Assembly (NCBI GenBank): GCA_965218425.1
Contig: OZ244621.1
Coordinates: 2,560,001-2,624,000 of the forward strand
DNA length: 64,000 bases
Origin: an uncultured Candidatus Binatia bacterium
GTDB taxonomy: Bacteria; Desulfobacterota; Binatia; UBA9968; CAXXLF01
Direction: 5' to 3'
Part shown: positions 61,278-64,000 of the stretch, in pieces
How the letters are laid out: each line of letters opens with the position of its first letter
Position numbering within the stretch: the first letter of the stretch is position 1
Translations under genes and position numbers: made by a program
Notes under the pieces: generated by a model
What the model was told of the DNA's origin: nothing
Database searches by the model: none
What the model saw: the letters and a program-made list of their open reading frames with translations, nothing else

Positions 61278-62387
61278 CTATGGGTAACTCCACTTAAAGT
61301 TTCTGTCTTCATAGGCCCCCTCAGGCATCGAAGACTTGGATACTCTTTTGGCTAACTCAGTCTTGAATTTTTCACGGATCCAGGGGTCTTCGTCGGGATA
61401 CTCGATCTGATCTCTCTCCACGTCTTGCACCCGTTCGCTATAGCCCACCAGTCCCTCGGGGGAATGGAAGGCTAGATACCTGGCAGGACTGCCACCTACG
61501 TTGAAATGCTGGTGGAACCATCGATTAGGAGGGACAAGGACACTGGCTTCATGCCAGGGCATGACCAACTTCTCCTTTCCTTCTTCCCACATTATGGAAT
61601 ACCCTTCCCCGGCCGGGATGACGATGACGACCCCAGGGCCATGACGGTGGGCTTTCTTATAGGTGTCGGCGGGGAAAACTGACATGTGCCCCTTCATGGC
61701 TGAGTTGGGAAATTTCAGCAAGAGAACGTTGCCCCCCGCTCCTCGATGCTCGTGGGTGTCCAGTCTGTCCCAGTTTCTCAGGTCGGGGAAAAAGTTTCCA
61801 AACCAGATGTTTCGAGAGCGTGATTTTCCCGCCCATTCACCGGTGTCGCGCACGGCCTTCGCCTCAGAGTAGAACTCGCTCTGTGAGCCGTAGACGAGAT
61901 CCAAATCCACGTGGGAGTTATTGAAGTAGAATTTCGGGTCTGGCGTGATGGACATGGCCAGGGGAAGAAAATTGTAATGCAACAGTCTAACAGGTTTATT
62001 CCCCTGCATATTGCTCATCCGGTAGGAGTAGTTGCGGGGGATTATAAACAGACTGTTCGTTTGCCACTCGAAAGTCTTTTTAGGCGTTTCCTCTCCACCC
62101 CAGACAGTGGTGAGTCCTCGTCCCTCCACCACGTAAACGACTTCGTCCAGTACAAACCTAAAGGGCGGAAGAGTCTTTCCCGCAGGAATTTCTATGACTC
62201 TGGCTTCACTTACACCCTCCTGTCCGGCGAGCTTGAGAACGGCTCCGTTACACTGTCGTTCCTCCCACCAACCCACCTCCAGGGTCCGCAAGTCCTCAAC
62301 ATAATATCCTTGATGGACAGGTATCCCTTGAGACTCAACCCATCGATTGTACGCAGATACGTTCGAACCCGGGACTCGATTTGCCAT
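61278..62387 (-). CDS. Cupin-domain protein (paralogue of 56921-58057)
   Basis: KKAHRHGPG, WFHQHFN. Confidence 0.85.
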   Translation of the reverse strand: MANRVPGSNVSAYNRWVESQGIPVHQGYYVEDLRTLEVGWWEERQCNGAVLKLAGQEGVSEARVIEIPAGKTLPPFRFVLDEVVYVVEGRGLTTVWGGEETPKKTFEWQTNSLFIIPRNYSYRMSNMQGNKPVRLLHYNFLPLAMSITPDPKFYFNNSHVDLDLVYGSQSEFYSEAKAVRDTGEWAGKSRSRNIWFGNFFPDLRNWDRLDTHEHRGAGGNVLLLKFPNSAMKGHMSVFPADTYKKAHRHGPGVVIVIPAGEGYSIMWEEGKEKLVMPWHEASVLVPPNRWFHQHFNVGGSPARYLAFHSPEGLVGYSERVQDVERDQIEYPDEDPWIREKFKTELAKRVSKSSMPEGAYEDRNFKWSYP

Positions 62388-62625
62388 GGCCTACTCCCTT
62401 TTTACCTAGACAAACGGTTGTTGTCGAACCCATGGTACCAAATTGCTCCAGAATCGCTTTAGCTTAGGGGGGATCGAGTGGTGCTGTCAAGGCACCAATG
62501 CTTAAGGCGCAGAGGAGGATTGGGTGTCGTAACGCAGTATTGCCCCCCTTGACAAGTTGTCACTGATTATGGTGTAAGGCTATCCGAACAATTGCGATCT
62601 TTCGAGCCAAAGGAGGAATGGAAGA

Positions 62626-63027
62626 ATGAGGCTACGCACAGCATTTGCGGTTCTATTCACCGCCGTATTTTTTCTTGGATTAGTGTTGGACGGGTGGTCT
62701 CAAGAACGAAAAAAACGTAGAAGGAGCAAGGCTCCTCAGGTGCTTGAAGGGGCGGTGTATGAAGTGGGGAAGCGGACAATCCAGTTGGATACCGGGAAGA
62801 GAAGACGAGGGAGAGTTTCTGCGGTGATTATTCCCGTGGATCCTGAACAGACCAAATTTCAAAAGGTTTCAACGGAAAAGCTGTCGCTCAAAGATCTCAA
62901 AAAGGGTGATGTGGTCATCATCAAGTACAACGCAAAGGGAAAATATGACCCGGTTCCCTATGTGATCGCCACCGGGGAGAGGAAAGAGATCAGGGAGGGG
63001 AGACGGGGCAAGAAGAAAAAGAAATAG
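62626..63027 (+). CDS. Secreted basic hypothetical protein (OB-fold-like)
   Basis: RBS aggagg, signal peptide, LKDLKKGDVVII. Confidence 0.7.
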   Translation: MRLRTAFAVLFTAVFFLGLVLDGWSQERKKRRRSKAPQVLEGAVYEVGKRTIQLDTGKRRRGRVSAVIIPVDPEQTKFQKVSTEKLSLKDLKKGDVVIIKYNAKGKYDPVPYVIATGERKEIREGRRGKKKKK

Positions 63028-63276
63028 TGGGGTTATAACCAAATTAATTTCTCCCAGCAAGCTTGAATGCCTGATTAGCCGGCGGAATAAAAGCTGCCAA
63101 GGGTAATGATGGGGCGAGCTTTTCTCAACCAACGAGGGGAGCTCGCCTTTTTTATTTAAGGGGGCGCATTATGTCCGCGAGGGAGGGTGGCGCGTCATGG
63201 TCTAACAAAGCACGGAGCTTGACAGGGTGTAGAAAGTATTGATATAGGGCGCATTACGAATGGTGGGAGGATATTT

Positions 63277-64000
63277 ATGATAAGAACAGTTGGTTTCGTT
63301 TCTTTCCTGGTTTTGATTCTCCTTTGGCCCCAGAGTGCGATCTCGGAGCCCTTACCCAAGGCCACACAGAAGATGTTGAAGGAATACAAGCTTGACCCCT
63401 CCGTGTTGGCCGACATCGACAAAGAGCTAAACCTCCCCAAGGAATGGATTAAAAAAGCGAAACAAGAAAAAAAGTTAAAAGTGCGCGGAAGCCCTGCTAC
63501 GGCCAAGGAGTTGAGGGTCCTCTTTGCTGCGTTTAAGGAGAGATACCCCTTTATTGAGCCGGATTATTTCGGGGCCAATCGGCAGGGTCGAACCATCAAG
63601 ACCCTCATGGCCTATAAAACAGGGCGATACCTTGCGGATCTTGTGATCAGTGTTGGAGTATTTACTGGTGAGTTCCAGAAAGCAGGGGGGTTGGAAAGCT
63701 TGCGCGATTTACCGGCCTTTAAGAACGTACCTGATCAACTCAAAGACCAGAAGGGTTTTTACGTCGGTATCAACAAAAATTACTGGTGTATGTCGTACAA
63801 TACCAGACTGGTCCAAAAAGAAGATCTGCCCAAAAAGTGGGATGACCTTCTGACTAACCCCATCTGGCGTGATGGCAACCTTGCCCTTGGAAACCGCCCC
63901 AATTTATGGGCGGTGAATTTGTGGCAAGCCAAGGGTGAGCGTTGGGTCAAAGATTTTCTCACCCGGCTATTCAAAGAGGTGAAACCCCAGTTGCGCAAAG
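63277..64000 (+). CDS. ABC substrate-binding protein (third paralogue, 3' partial)
   Basis: EPLPKATQKML…YNTRLV…LGNRP; runs off the window. Confidence 0.88.
   Translation, partial: MIRTVGFVSFLVLILLWPQSAISEPLPKATQKMLKEYKLDPSVLADIDKELNLPKEWIKKAKQEKKLKVRGSPATAKELRVLFAAFKERYPFIEPDYFGANRQGRTIKTLMAYKTGRYLADLVISVGVFTGEFQKAGGLESLRDLPAFKNVPDQLKDQKGFYVGINKNYWCMSYNTRLVQKEDLPKKWDDLLTNPIWRDGNLALGNRPNLWAVNLWQAKGERWVKDFLTRLFKEVKPQLRK

Overview
The window has two parts. (1) Positions ~1-39,830 are a decaying mosaic island. It holds a phage-satellite-like primase/helicase module with iteron-like repeats and a run of small minus-strand genes (PD-(D/E)XK-like nucleases, a UDG-fold protein, lipoproteins) separated by a recurring hairpin/promoter spacer. 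It also holds an intact IS3, remnants of integrase, IS6, Tn3 and hsdR, an aapJQMP amino-acid ABC operon, a broken ERG4/ERG24-family sterol reductase, and a RAYT (HUH) transposase whose end sequences recur at cargo junctions. Further cargo includes several toxin-antitoxin pairs, a PLP decarboxylase and an autotransporter with Cache-like repeats. (2) Positions ~39,831-64,000 are host metabolic genes: CoA transferase, MaoC, hydrolases, VOC proteins, an M23 peptidase, RidA, a UGA-containing (selenocysteine) peroxiredoxin-like gene, ABC solute-binding proteins, two cupins and two tandem UbiD paralogues followed by an unannotated 55-aa zinc-ribbon gene. This gene mix suggests a Binatota/deltaproteobacterium-like host, which is inference only. 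I saw no rRNA, tRNA or CRISPR array. All family calls come from motif recognition by eye; no database searches were run.
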